From an uncultured Planctomycetota bacterium (GTDB lineage: Bacteria > Planctomycetota > Planctomycetia > Isosphaerales > Isosphaeraceae), in assembly GCA_963737655.1 (NCBI GenBank), contig CAVTTN010000002.1, positions 7,136,001-7,200,000 of the forward strand: a DNA stretch of 64,000 bases. The letters are read 5' to 3'. Shown one piece after another: positions 11,142 through 21,594 of the stretch (the stretch's first letter is position 1; the number at the start of each line of letters is the position of its first letter). Under the pieces are notes generated by a model that saw nothing but the letters and a program-made list of their open reading frames with translations, did no database searches and was not told the origin of the DNA. Both the position numbers and the translations under genes were made by a program.

Positions 11142-11158
11142 GGGGACGCGGCGTCCAC
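11142..11158. repeat. 17-bp palindrome, C-type variant, GGGGACGCGGCGTCCAC
   Basis: One mismatch to GTGGACGC-S-GCGTCCAC. Confidence 0.7.
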
Positions 11159-11230
11159 GCTCCGCGGCGAGGGGGGAACCTTCGGGGGCCGATGCAATCC
11201 GGGGCGATCCCTGCCCGCTCCGCGGGGGCC

Positions 11231-12448
11231 TCAGCGAGCCACCGCGCGACGCATCGGCTGGCGGCGTCCGTAGGTCAGCGACCTCCACGCCCATTCCGCC
11301 GGCCCGAACCGATACCTCCTCAGCCACGCGGAGCTGAAGGCCAGTTGGCCCGCGTAGAGGGCCAGCCCCACGAGTGCCGCGGGGGCCGATCCGAGGTGGC
11401 CGGACCACCCCAGCCCGTATCCGTAGAAGATCAGGCCCAGGGCCAGCGACTGGGCCAGGTAGTTCGTCAGGGCCATCCGGCCCACCGCCGCCACCGCCGA
11501 GACCAGGGGCCGTCCCCTCGATCCGCGCCCGGCCAGGAGCAGGATCGAGGCGTAAGCCAGGGCCAGTGGAAGGGAGGAAGCGGCGTCCAGCAGCCGACCG
11601 GGCACCGGGGACGGACTCCCCGTGGAGGCCGAGGCGACATGCAACGCCGTCGCCGACCCTCCCACGACACCCCCCGCGATGGCGACCACCCAGAGCAGGC
11701 CCCGATGGCCCGGCGGGTCGCGGACAACCCCGGCCCTCCAGGAGGCCAGGCCCAGCAGCATCACGCCGAGGGTCCTGGGCAGGACGCCCAGCAGCAGCGG
11801 GATGATCAACTGCCGAGTCTCGGCCCGGTGGAATGCGAGGACCTCCGCATAGCTGCCCCGAGCGTACACGCCCCTCGCCTCGGCGGCCATCGACCTCAGG
11901 GCGTCCTCGTCGGGGATCGCGGGGCCGAGATCGACCACCCACGGGAGGGCCGCGGCGACGACGCCGGCGACCACCTGGGCCGCCACCGGCAGCCGCAGCA
12001 CCGGCAGCAGCAGGAGGCCGCAGGCCGCATAGAGCGTGAGGATGTCGCCGTTCCAGACCAGCAGCATGTGGGCCAGGCCGATCCCCAGGAGGACCGCGAG
12101 CCGCCTCGCCAGGAGGAGGCGGGCGCCGGCCCCCCGGGCCGCGGCCCTCTTGTCGAAGCCGCCCAGGCCGGCGCCGAACAGGAGGGAGAAGAGGGTGATG
12201 GCCTTGAATTCCAGGAACGCGGCGACGAGCACGTCGACGAGGCGGTCGAGGTGTCCGGTCGCGGTGTGGAAGCGGAGGAGGTGCTCGGCCAGGGGGATCC
12301 GGAAGTCGCTCAGGAGGTTCACCAGGAGGACGCCGAGCAGCGCGACGCCGCGGAGGACGTCCAGGGCCTCGATCCGGTCCGCCCCCTCGACGGGCCGCAA
12401 GGGGCCGTCCCCCTCGCCGGCCCCGGCCGCCCCACGATCCTCCGTCAT
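11231..12448 (-). CDS. DUF418 (YeiB-like) inner-membrane protein
   Basis: RIEALDVLRGVALLGVLLVN, KAITLFSLLFGAG, GDILTLYA, GRMALTNYLAQS, FGPAEWAWRSLTYG. Confidence 0.9.
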   Translation of the reverse strand: MTEDRGAAGAGEGDGPLRPVEGADRIEALDVLRGVALLGVLLVNLLSDFRIPLAEHLLRFHTATGHLDRLVDVLVAAFLEFKAITLFSLLFGAGLGGFDKRAAARGAGARLLLARRLAVLLGIGLAHMLLVWNGDILTLYAACGLLLLPVLRLPVAAQVVAGVVAAALPWVVDLGPAIPDEDALRSMAAEARGVYARGSYAEVLAFHRAETRQLIIPLLLGVLPRTLGVMLLGLASWRAGVVRDPPGHRGLLWVVAIAGGVVGGSATALHVASASTGSPSPVPGRLLDAASSLPLALAYASILLLAGRGSRGRPLVSAVAAVGRMALTNYLAQSLALGLIFYGYGLGWSGHLGSAPAALVGLALYAGQLAFSSAWLRRYRFGPAEWAWRSLTYGRRQPMRRAVAR

Positions 12449-12602
12449 TCGCAGACCTCCGCTCTGCGGGACCGGCACGCCCTCACGGGCCGTCGCCCCG
12501 TTATACTGGCCGGGGAGACCGGGGCCCAACGTCCGGCGCCCGGGACGGCCGGATTCGAGCACGGCCATGAGAGGCCGTCGGGCCTCCCGGAGGAGGACCC
12601 GC

Positions 12603-13514
12603 TTGCCGACGCGACGCGACAGCCCCGACACCGGACGGGTCGCCGTGGCCTGGGCCGTGATGTTCGGCGGCCTCGTCGGCTTCTGGGGCCTGCGATCCCG
12701 GCTGGACGACCGGGCCTTCGGTTATGGGCAGGTCGCCGTCCTGCTCACGACCTGGAAGGTCGCCTCCCTCGTCCTGCTCCCGCCCCGGTCGTGGCGGAGG
12801 TTCACGCCCCTGCGCTTCCTCGCCTACCTGGTCTGGCCCGGGATGCAGCCCCGGCAATTCCTGGTCGGGGCGAGCGTCCCTCCCGGCGCCCCGATCCCGA
12901 CCCTCCGCGACTTCCTCCTCAACGTCCTGGTCGGGGCAGCCCTGTTCCTGCTGGCGAGATGGGGACTGCCGGCCGGGACGCCCCGCGCGGTCCGCTTCTG
13001 GGTCGCCCTGATCGGCTTCGTGACGCTGTTCCTCGTCGCGCGGCTGGACCTCTGGGCCCTGGTCTTCCGGAGGATGGGCTTCGCGGTCGAGAAGCTCTGG
13101 GACGGCCCGATCGCCGCCACCGGCCTGGGGGACTTCTGGGGCCGGCGATGGAATCGGATCGTCTCGGGGTTCCTCCGCGAGGCGGCCTTCGTCCCGCTGT
13201 CCCGCCGCGCCGGGCCGCGGGTGGCGTTGCTGGGCGTATTCCTCTACAGCGGCCTGTACCACGAGATGGCCAGCGTCCAGGCCCGCTCGGGCTACGGCGG
13301 GCCGATGCTCTACTTCCTGGTGCAATACCTCGGGGTCGCGGCCGAGGCCAGTCGCCCCGGGCGTCTCCTCCTGCGAGGCCGGCCGTGGCTGGGGCGGGCC
13401 TGGACGCTGGCCGTGGTCGTCGCGCCGCTGGGCCTGCTGCTGCGTCCGGGGTTCGTCGACGGCTACCTGGTGCCCCTCCTGGAGAGGGCGGGCGTGCCGG
13501 GGCTCCGCGGATAG
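12603..13514 (+). CDS. Membrane-bound O-acyltransferase (wax synthase/MBOAT_2-like)
   Basis: Multiple TM segments, DFWGRRWN and SGLYHE (catalytic His). AGGAGG precedes TTG 12603; alternative start ATG 12567. Confidence 0.8.
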   Translation: MPTRRDSPDTGRVAVAWAVMFGGLVGFWGLRSRLDDRAFGYGQVAVLLTTWKVASLVLLPPRSWRRFTPLRFLAYLVWPGMQPRQFLVGASVPPGAPIPTLRDFLLNVLVGAALFLLARWGLPAGTPRAVRFWVALIGFVTLFLVARLDLWALVFRRMGFAVEKLWDGPIAATGLGDFWGRRWNRIVSGFLREAAFVPLSRRAGPRVALLGVFLYSGLYHEMASVQARSGYGGPMLYFLVQYLGVAAEASRPGRLLLRGRPWLGRAWTLAVVVAPLGLLLRPGFVDGYLVPLLERAGVPGLRG

Positions 13515-13889
13515 GCGGCGACCGATCCCATCGGAACCCCGGAACGCCCGGCGGCCGGACGCCGCGCCCACCCGCGACCCGGCGTGCTCGTCGCGGGCCA
13601 CAGACCGGCCCCGGCTGCGGTGAGGGCGGCGAGGCAGCGGCCCCATCGACGCCGGGGCCCAGGCCGCTTGACCTCGGGCTCGACGCGGGAAGGGGACCAG
13701 CCCTCGCGGAGCCGTGCCTCCGGGTCCCTCATCACCGGGGCCACCTCGGGTGCCGCGCGGGATCGCCCGAACGGCGCGACCCCGCGGCACCGCTCCCGGG
13801 CCTCTCCCTCGTGCCGGTCGGACGGCAGCGGCTCGGCCAGGTACACCTCGTCGGACCTCGGCCGGTCCGCCACAACCGCTGGCCCGGGG

Positions 13890-13906
13890 GTGGAAGCGGC
13901 TTCCAC
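13890..13906. repeat. 17-bp palindrome, A-type, GTGGAAGCGGCTTCCAC
   Basis: Perfect palindrome with GC-rich complementary flanks. Confidence 0.9.
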
Positions 13907-14001
13907 CCCGGGGGAGTGGGAACAGGACCGGGAAGGGCATCCGGCCTGGCCCGCTCCGGGTCATTCGGACATGCAAGTGGGGCGAAAAACGCCCGATGTC
14001 G

Positions 14002-14018
14002 GTGGGCGCCGCGTCCAC
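14002..14018. repeat. 17-bp palindrome, C-type variant, GTGGGCGCCGCGTCCAC
   Basis: One mismatch; starts 112 bp after the A-type copy. Confidence 0.7.
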
Positions 14019-14196
14019 GGCCCCTTCGACCGGGCCTCCCTGCCCGACCCTCGCCGCACGGCCCGCAGAGGCCCCGGACCGTCGGCCCCGCACCCGCCGC
14101 ACGACCGTCGCCCAGGCTGGGCAGCCCCTGGGACCGCGGTCACGTCGGCCCGTCGGCGTGGTGCCCGACGCCCACGGCCTCCCGACCGTCGCGGGC

Positions 14197-14379
14197 CTAA
14201 GGGGCCGCGACCTCGGGACAGGCCGGATCGTGCCGGCGAGACGGGGGCGACTCCCCCCCGGGGGTGCAGACCTCGCACCCGAACGGCAGCCTCACGACCG
14301 GCCCGCCCTTCAGCCTGGACCGCGACTGTCGATGCATCGTGACCTGGCGGCAAACGCGGCAATATCTCCTGGCCAGCAT
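14197..14379 (-). CDS. Putative 60-aa zinc-ribbon protein
   Basis: GAGGGAG RBS, then MLARRYCRVCRQVTMHRQ...FGCEVCTPG with two CxxC motifs. Confidence 0.35.
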   Translation of the reverse strand: MLARRYCRVCRQVTMHRQSRSRLKGGPVVRLPFGCEVCTPGGESPPSRRHDPACPEVAAP

Positions 14380-14850
14380 CGCTCCCTCCGATTTTTGATC
14401 ATCTTCGCCTCGGCGTCGTCCAGGCACGCTCCCGCCCCTCATCGCGGCCCGAAGGACGTCGGGACGGCGACGAGGGAGGCGGTCGCTCGCGTCTCCTGGC
14501 GGATCGGAGTCGAGACTACCGGCACCCGGCCTGCCCCGGGAGTGGAGCGGCCCCGGTCCCTCGCACGAATCGCGAAGGGCGGGGCCGCCCCGGCACCGGC
14601 GCCCGAGGGCGCCCGCGAGAACGCCGCGTCGGGCACGCCGCGTCGCCCCGGCGATCGGGGCCCCGGGTATCGAGGGGGACGGCACATCATACATGAAAAA
14701 TGCACACATCATGAATATAACAGGGTGAGTCGTGCGACGAGCCGTCGACGACCCGAGGAACTCGGGGAGGAGCCTCCGGGCCGGGGGATGCCGGCCGGCG
14801 TCGTGGTCGCGCCCCGGCCGCTCGGGCCGTGCCCCGGGGGGACAACGGGC

Positions 14851-14867
14851 GTGGACGCCGCGTCCAC
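14851..14867. repeat. 17-bp palindrome, C-type, GTGGACGCCGCGTCCAC
   Basis: Perfect palindrome upstream of the Prim-Pol gene. Confidence 0.9.
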
Positions 14868-14963
14868 GGCGACGAGGTCGGCCGGACCGCAAAGGGGTCG
14901 GCGGGGGCTGCCCCGCCACTGTTCGCGAAGGGCGGAATCGCCTGAAAATAACGAGGCCCCGGA

Positions 14964-16715
14964 GTGGCGATCCCGGGGCCTCGCATCGAGATCCTCGGTC
15001 GTCGCTGGCCTGGCGACCTAGGAGTGCTGACTACGCTACATGAGAGCGTCGCCGTGCGTGAATATCTTATCGGAATCACGACCGGGATCCCAGAGACGGT
15101 TGCCCCGCGGCACCGGGACCTGCCCGTTGCGCCGCCGCTCCTGGAGAGCATGAGACAGGTCACGCGGCATGGCCTCCGCATCTTCCCGGTCACCCACACC
15201 ACGAAGAGGCCGATGGGGGCGGGCTGGCAAGCTGCCGCCACGTCGTCCCCGGAGGTCCTGGTGGGCTGGATGCAAGCCAACCGCCCGGGCCGGCGCTGCC
15301 GCTCCTACCTGGTCCGCACGGGCGTCCCGATGCCCGACGGCCGCTACTTGATCGGTTTCGACGTCGACCCCCGGTCGGGAGGCCGCGAGAGCCTGGGGCG
15401 ACTCCTGGCCCTCCACGGCCTGACCCCGGACGACCTGCCCCCGACCCTCACGGTCCGCACCGGCGGCCATCCCGAAGGCAGGCACTATTATTACGGGTCT
15501 AGGGTCCCGTGGAAGGGCGTCAGCCCCATCCCCGGCTTCCCGGGCCTCGACCTGAAGGCCGACAGGGGCTACCTCATCGGCCCCGGTTCGCTCCATGATT
15601 CCGGCCGGACCTACGAGTTGATCCGGGGCTTCGACGAGGGGGTCGCGGACCTGCCCGAATGGCTGACGAGCACGCTGGAGGGGGCGGGCGAAAAGCACGA
15701 GGAGTCGGCACGGCGCGACCCGGGCCGCCGTGCCGGTCAAGCCGCCGGCACGCCCCAGGATGCCCGCTGGACGCCGGGCGTCCGCCCCGAGGCCATCCGG
15801 GGTGATGACGTCCCCGACGCCCCTGCGAGCGGGCCGCAGTCCCCCAGGGAGGCCGCACCGAGGGCGACCCCGGCCCGGGCCGCCTGCACCCGCCGGGCCG
15901 ACCCGGCGGCCCTGGCCGAGGAGATCGACCGCCGCTACCCGATCGAGGCCATCCACACCCGGCACAACGTCGAGCTCCGGGCCATCGCGTCCCTGCTCGG
16001 CCGCGGGTAATGCCCCGAGGACACGCTCGCGGCGGTGGCGATCCGAGAGACCCGGGCCGGGCCCTGGGCCTCCTCGGATCGTCGCCCGCCGCGGCCGAGG
16101 CCGACGCCCTGCGGATCGCCGAGGACTGCCTGAACGATCCGCACTTCGTCGTCGGCAGGCCCGGGGGCCGGTCCGCCGTCCCGAGCAAGACGAAGGGGGA
16201 CCACCGGGACGGTGCCGCAGGGGTCGCCATCCCCGCCTCCGTTTGCATGATCATTCGATCATCAATCATGGGGGCCGCGGCGCCCGAGGGGGGGAACGAA
16301 TCATCAAATAGACCCGGGTTAAAACCGGTTCACCACCGCTACCGGCTCGACAAGCGTCTTGCTGATCGTCCAGTCCCTGGTCCAGCACCTTGTTTACCTG
16401 CGGAGGGAAGGGCTGTGGTCGCGCGGGCGGACGTTCGCGACCACCGACGCGGAGCTCGTCACGCTGGCCACGCGGCTCGACCCGTCCGTGGCCTGGGATG
16501 AGGGCGGCTCCGACTTGCTCGCCGTGAAGCAGGACCTGATCGATCGCTTCGACTCGGGCCCGGCCCGCCGGCACGCCTTCGCCCGCGAGGTCGTGCGGGG
16601 CGACCGCCGGGCCGGCGAGGCGGTGGGCCGGCCGTCGGAGTACGAGCCGACCGGCCTGCTGGATCTCCTCGCCGCCTACGACACCGAGGTCGCCGCGGAG
16701 GCCCGCCGGGTATGA
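14964..16715 (+). pseudogene. Bifunctional DNA primase/polymerase (Prim-Pol, AEP) replication protein; C-terminal part broken
   Basis: GLRIFPV..TKRP..GWQAAAT, LIGFDVDPRSGG (DxD), TLTVRTGG..GRHYYY, GLDLKADRGYLIGPGSLH. TAA at 16008-16010, then frameshifted fragments to 16715. Start uncertain (14964-15150). Confidence 0.8.
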
Positions 16716-16737
16716 GCAGGGCGGCAGTCCGGCCGGG

Positions 16738-16754
16738 GTGGAAGCCGCTTCCAC
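16738..16754. repeat. 17-bp palindrome, A-type, GTGGAAGCCGCTTCCAC
   Basis: Perfect; the palindrome extends to CCGGG/CCCGG flanks (16733-16759), just after the rep gene. Confidence 0.9.
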
Positions 16755-16770
16755 CCCGGACCCCGCCGGG

Positions 16771-17019
16771 TCACTCGCCCCGGGCTTTCCGCTCGGCCTC
16801 GCGGCGGTGGAACTCGACGAGGAGCCGGCCGGCCTCGGCGTCCTCCTCGGGGGTGAAGTCGAGCTCCTCGGCGAGGACCCGGCCGTCGGCGTCCCGGAAC
16901 CGGCCGTCGGGTCCCTCGGCGTAGCGGCCTTCGAAGCGTTCGCGGCGGTCGTCCCGTCGCTGCGGATCGTGCACGGCCCACCCCCGGATTATCGGCGGAG
17001 GTCGCATCCCCGGATTCAT
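16771..17019 (-). CDS. Small hypothetical protein
   Basis: Charged ORF ...GRFRDADGRVLAEELDFTPEEDAEAGRLLVEFHRRE with GC3-rich codons; start uncertain. Confidence 0.3.
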   Translation of the reverse strand: MNPGMRPPPIIRGWAVHDPQRRDDRRERFEGRYAEGPDGRFRDADGRVLAEELDFTPEEDAEAGRLLVEFHRREAERKARGE

Positions 17020-17565
17020 TATCGAGTGGAAGCGGCGACCTCCACGAGCCTCCGGCGGCGCGATCGTTTCGATGTCCGCGCCGCCCCTCGGGGACGCCGG
17101 ATCGTGGAGTGGGACGGCCTAGCGGCGACCTGTAACGATCCCGAGGGCCGGAAGCGGGACTACGCCATCAGCTTCGGGCTCGGGGCCTTCAACGACGAGG
17201 TCGACGCGATCCTGGCCCGCGTCAAGCCGGCCAATCCGGGGGAGCTCGTCCAGGAGGTCCGGGACGTCTTCACGCGGGCCGATCACGACGGCGAGGTCTT
17301 CAAGGACGCCCGGACGAGAGCGCCCATGCGAAGGGACATCGACGGGCCTCGGGGCTGAATTGACGGGCGCTCGCCCGAGCACACGGATGCGCCCGGGACT
17401 TTCGATCCGCCCGGGGTTTGCGGGCCCATTCGGGGTCTTGGTAGACTCGTCGCGCCCGGCCGCTAGGCCCCGGCCGCGGCGGCCACAGGCGAGGCGACGG
17501 TGCCCGGTCCTGGTCCGAGTGCGGGCGGCTCCTCGGTCGAGGCGGCCGAGAAATCGCCCGCCTCG

Positions 17566-17594
17566 GCGTGAGTTTCCCGCGCCTTCGCCGTCTT
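17566..17594 (+). promoter_or_regulatory. Putative ECF-sigma promoter (GTGAG ... CGTCTT) upstream of the sigma gene
   Basis: GCGTGAGTTTCCCGCGCCTTCGCCGTCTT is 24/29 identical to the sequence at 21458-21486. Confidence 0.65.
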
Positions 17595-17612
17595 CTTCGA
17601 ATAGGAAGGGAC

Positions 17613-18173
17613 ATGGACCGCGACGACGGCATCGGGCCCCGGCCGATCGAGGCGTTCCGCGAGTACCTCCGGCTCCTGGCCCGGTTGCAGATCGGCCCGG
17701 ACCGCCGCTCGGCCGTCGATCCCTCCGACGTCGTCCAGCAGACGCTCCTGCGGGCCCATGAGAGGCGAAACCAGTTCCGGGGGACGACCGATGCCGAGCG
17801 CGAAGCCTGGCTCCGCGCGATCCTCGCCAGCCAGATCGCCGACGCCCTGCGCCGTCCCGAGCGTCGGGGAGGAGGCCGGCTCGTCTCTCTGGAGGCGGCT
17901 CTGCACGAGTCGTCGGCGCGGCTGGACGCCTGGCTCGCCTCCGAGCAATCCAGCCCGAGCGTGCGGGCCATGAGGGCCGAGCGGCTGGTCGAGCTTGCCG
18001 ACGCGCTCGCGACGCTGCCGGAGGATCAGAGGGAGGCCGTCGAGCTGAGGCACCTGAAGGGGCTCTCGGTGCCCGCGGTGGCCGAGGCGATGGGCCGCAC
18101 GACGGTCTCGGTGACGGGCCTTCTCTATCGGGGGAGCAAGGCGTTGCGGGAGAAGCTCGGCGGCGAACGGTGA
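17613..18173 (+). CDS. ECF RNA polymerase sigma-70 factor, planctomycete-specific subfamily
   Basis: YLRLLARLQI..VDPSDVVQQTLLRAH..FRGTT..AWLRAIL; region 4 LPEDQREAVELRHLKGLSVPAVAEAMGRT. Confidence 0.92.
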   Translation: MDRDDGIGPRPIEAFREYLRLLARLQIGPDRRSAVDPSDVVQQTLLRAHERRNQFRGTTDAEREAWLRAILASQIADALRRPERRGGGRLVSLEAALHESSARLDAWLASEQSSPSVRAMRAERLVELADALATLPEDQREAVELRHLKGLSVPAVAEAMGRTTVSVTGLLYRGSKALREKLGGER

Positions 18174-18191
18174 ACCGAGGCAGGGTGGGAC

Positions 18192-21100
18192 ATGGCCGAT
18201 CGGATTGACGTCTAGGCGAGGGGCGACCGCGAGGAGCGGCTGATCGCGATCATCGCGCAGTACTACGAGGCCGTCGAGTCCGGCGCGGCGCCGGATCGCC
18301 GAGCCGTGCTCGACGCCCATCCAGACCTCGCCGCCGAGATCGACGAGTTCCTCGTCGAGCAGGACCGCCTGCACCTCCTGGCCGAACCCTTGAGGCCCCT
18401 CGCGGAGTCGGCGGGGCTCACCGAGCCGGACGACGCGACCGCGCCCCTCGGCCCCTCGGGGTCGGCCGACCCCGGCCCGGACACCCTGGACGGGGACGGC
18501 GCGACTCCCCATCGGCCCGGGGGGCGCGTCCCCTACTTCGGCGATTACGAGCTGCGCCGCGAGGTCGGCCGGGGCGGCATGGGCGTCGTCTACGAGGCCC
18601 GCCAGGTCAGCCTCAATCGGGTCGTCGCGCTCAAGATGCTCCTGGCCGGTGCCCTCGCGGGCGAGGACGACCGCCGACGCTTCCGCGCCGAGGCCGAGGC
18701 CGTCGCGGCGCTCGACCACCCGAACATCGTGCCGATCTACGAGGTCGGCTCCCACCGGGGCGATTCCTATTTCAGCATGAAGGCGATCGACGGCGGCACG
18801 CTCGCCTCTCGCCTCGACGAGTTCGCGGGCCATCCGCGAGAGGCCGCCCGGGTGGTGGCGACCGTCGCGAGGGCCGTCCACCACGCCCATCAGCGCGGCG
18901 TCTTGCACCGCGATCTGAAGCCCTCGAACGTCCTCCTCGACGAGAATGGCGAGCCGCACGTCACCGACTTCGGCCTGGCGCGTCGCGTCGATGGGGGCGG
19001 CGACCTGACGCAGACCGGCGCGATCCTCGGGACGCCGAGCTACATGGCCCCCGAGCAGGCCACCGGGCGGCGGGGAGCCATCACCACGGCGACCGACGTC
19101 CACGGACTGGGGGCGATCCTCTACGCCCTGCTGGCCGGGAAGCCCCCCTTCGGCGGCGACTCGGTCCTGGAGACGCTCGACGAGGTCCGAGGGCAGCCCC
19201 CGAAGCCGCTCGGCCCGGGGATCGACCGCGACCTGGGGACGATCTGCCGGAAGTGCCTGGAGAAAGAGCCGGCGGCGCGGTGTGCCTCGGCCCTCGACGT
19301 GGCCGAAGACCTGGAGCGCTGGCTCCGGGGCGAGCCGATCGCCGCCCGTCCCGCCGGCCGGGCGGAGCGGCTCTGGCGCTGGTGCCGCCGGCATCGGGTC
19401 GCCCTGATCACGACGCTCCTGATCGCGTCGTCGCTGGTCACAGGCACGGTGATGAGCGTCCGGCAGGCGCGCCGCGCCCGACGCGCCGAAGCCGCCGCGG
19501 TCGGCCAGCGCGACCGGGCGCGGAAGTCGGTCGATGACATGTACACGCAGGTGGCGGAGAAATGGCTCTCGCAGGATCCCGATCTGGACCCCCTCCAGAG
19601 GGAATTCCTCCTCAAGGCCCTGGCGTATTACGAGGAGTTCTCCCGCGAGGGGGCGCCGAGCGCCTCGGAGCTGGAGGAAAAGGCCTCCGCCGAGCAGCGC
19701 GTCGGGGACATCCAGAGGAAGCTGGGGGCGCTGGACGAGGCGGAGCGGGCCTATCGCTCGGCCGTCGCGATCCAGGGAGAACTCCGGGACCGATCCCCCA
19801 GGTCGCCCTTCGACCGGACTCGCCTCGCGGGAGGGCTGACCGGCCTCGGCGAGCTGCTGCGAGCCGAGGGACGGACGGATGAGGCGGAGCGCGTCATGCG
19901 CAACGCCCTGGAGCTGAACGAGGCGGTCGCGGCCGAGTTCCCCGACGTCCCTCGATATCGGACCTATCTGGCCAGGAGCTACACCCGACTCGCCCTCCTC
20001 TTCCGCGAGACGGGCCGGTGGAAAGCGGCCGAGGAGGCGGACACGCGGAGTATCGCGCTGCTCGAGGCGCTCGCCGCCGAGGGGCCCGAGGATGCCGAGG
20101 ACCGCGGCGCCCTCGCCTCCAGCTACGCGAACCTCGGCGTCCTCCTCTCCCAGACGGGGCGCGCCACGGAGGCCGAACAGGTCTGGGGTCGGGTCGTCCG
20201 TCTTTATGAGGCCCTCCTGCCCGAATCGCCGAAGGACGGCGCGGTGCGGTCGGGCCTGGCGCTGGGGAACAACAACCTCGGCGTGCTGCTGTACGGAGAG
20301 GGGCGGCTCGAGGAGGCGGCCGAGGCCCTGGGTCGGGCCGCCGAGCTGCAAGAGGGGCTCGCGGCCGACTCCCCCGGGGCGCCGCAGTATCTCAAGGGCG
20401 TCGCCGATTCCCGCTCGAACCTCGCCCTGGTGCTCCTCGCCCTGAAACGCCCGGAGGAGGCGGAGGAGGCCTTCCGCCGCGCCATCAAGCACTATGAAGC
20501 GCTCGCGACCCGATGGCCCGACGTCCGCGACCATCGGAGCGGCCTCGGGGCCGCACTGAACAACCTGGCGGTCCTCCTCCAAGAGCGGGGCGAGGCGCGG
20601 GAGTCCGCGGATCTGTACCGTCTCGCCATCGAGCAACAGGGCGCCGCGTCGCGGGCCAACCCGCGGAACCCGACGTACCTCGCATTCTTGAGGAACCATT
20701 TCGACGGCCTGTCCCAGTCCCTCCTTCAGCTCGGCGATCACGCGGGAGCGGCGGAGGCGAGCGAGGAACTGGCACGGATCTCGCCCCGGGGGCTGCCGGA
20801 CCTCCTGCTCGCCGCGACCCGCATCGCGCAATGTCGCCGCCGAGCGGAGTCGGACCCGGGGCTTTCGCCGAGCCGGAGGCGCGACGCCGCCCGGGCCCAC
20901 CTGGAGCGATCCCGGGAGCTGTGCGAGAAGGCGGCCCTCGCCGCGAAGGACGACCCCGACGCCCTGAACAACGTCTCCTGGTTCCTGGCGACCTGCCCGG
21001 AGCCCGATCTCCGCGACCCGGCCCGCGCGGTCGAGCTTGCCCGAAAGGCCGTGGAGCGGGCTCCGCAAAACGGCGAGTGCTGGAACACGAAGGGAGCGGC

Positions 21101-21389
21101 CGAGTACCGCGCCGGGCATTGGGACGAAGCGATCTCGGCCCTCTCGCGGTCGATGGAGCTCTCCTCGGGCGGATCGCCGGCCGACTGGATCTTCCTCGCC
21201 ATGACGCATCGGCGGAAGGGGAACGACGGCGAGGCGCGGTCGTGGTTCGCGAAGGCGAGTGCCTGGATGGATCGGAATCGATCGACCGATGAGGATCTGA
21301 TCCGCCTGCGCGACGAGGCCGCGGCCCTCCTGGGCCCGTCGGACGGGGATCGCGCGATGCCCGCCGGCCCGGACGCCTTCGCCCGATGA
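18192..21389 (+). CDS. Ser/Thr protein kinase with a TM-like segment and TPR repeats; in-frame TAG at codon 8
   Basis: GRGGMGVVY, VALKM, HRDLKPSN, DFGLA, GTPSYMAPE, then many TPRs. ATG 18192 is in frame with ORF 18306-21389, with TAG at 18213-18215. Confidence 0.9.
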
Positions 21390-21457
21390 TGGGTGTGACG
21401 TCCGGGGCCGCCGCGAGTGATCCGGGAGCGTCCGGGGACCGGCCTCGAAGAATTCTC

Positions 21458-21486
21458 GCGTGAGTTTTTCGAGCCTCCGGCGTCTT
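21458..21486 (+). promoter_or_regulatory. Second copy of the putative ECF promoter, upstream of the secreted beta-propeller gene
   Basis: GCGTGAGTTTTTCGAGCCTCCGGCGTCTT, with the same spacing as 17566-17594. Confidence 0.65.
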
Positions 21487-21594
21487 GAAACCTGTCGCGG
21501 CGGGCGGAACGGGCGCGGCGTCGGCGAAGACGCCGTGATGAGGCCCGTTCGCCACAGCCGCGCCCCGATGCCCCATCCCCCGGAGACCCCGACG

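Noticed and set aside
14185..14240. GCGGGCCTAAGGGG resembling part of a c-di-GMP-I riboswitch
   Set aside because: The upstream GCAAA/GNRA elements and P1 pairing are not present.
17026..17045. GTGGAAGCGGCGACCTCCAC as a tenth palindrome copy
   Set aside because: Only the left arm matches; the right arm needs an insertion plus a mismatch.
2842..18215. Several in-frame stops (TAG at 2842, 7695, 8145, 18213; TAA at 1880, 16008; TGA at 10754) suggesting stop-codon recoding
   Set aside because: All three stop types occur, they replace different residues, they are confined to the island and most accompany frameshifts. Core genes use TAG and TGA as normal stops.
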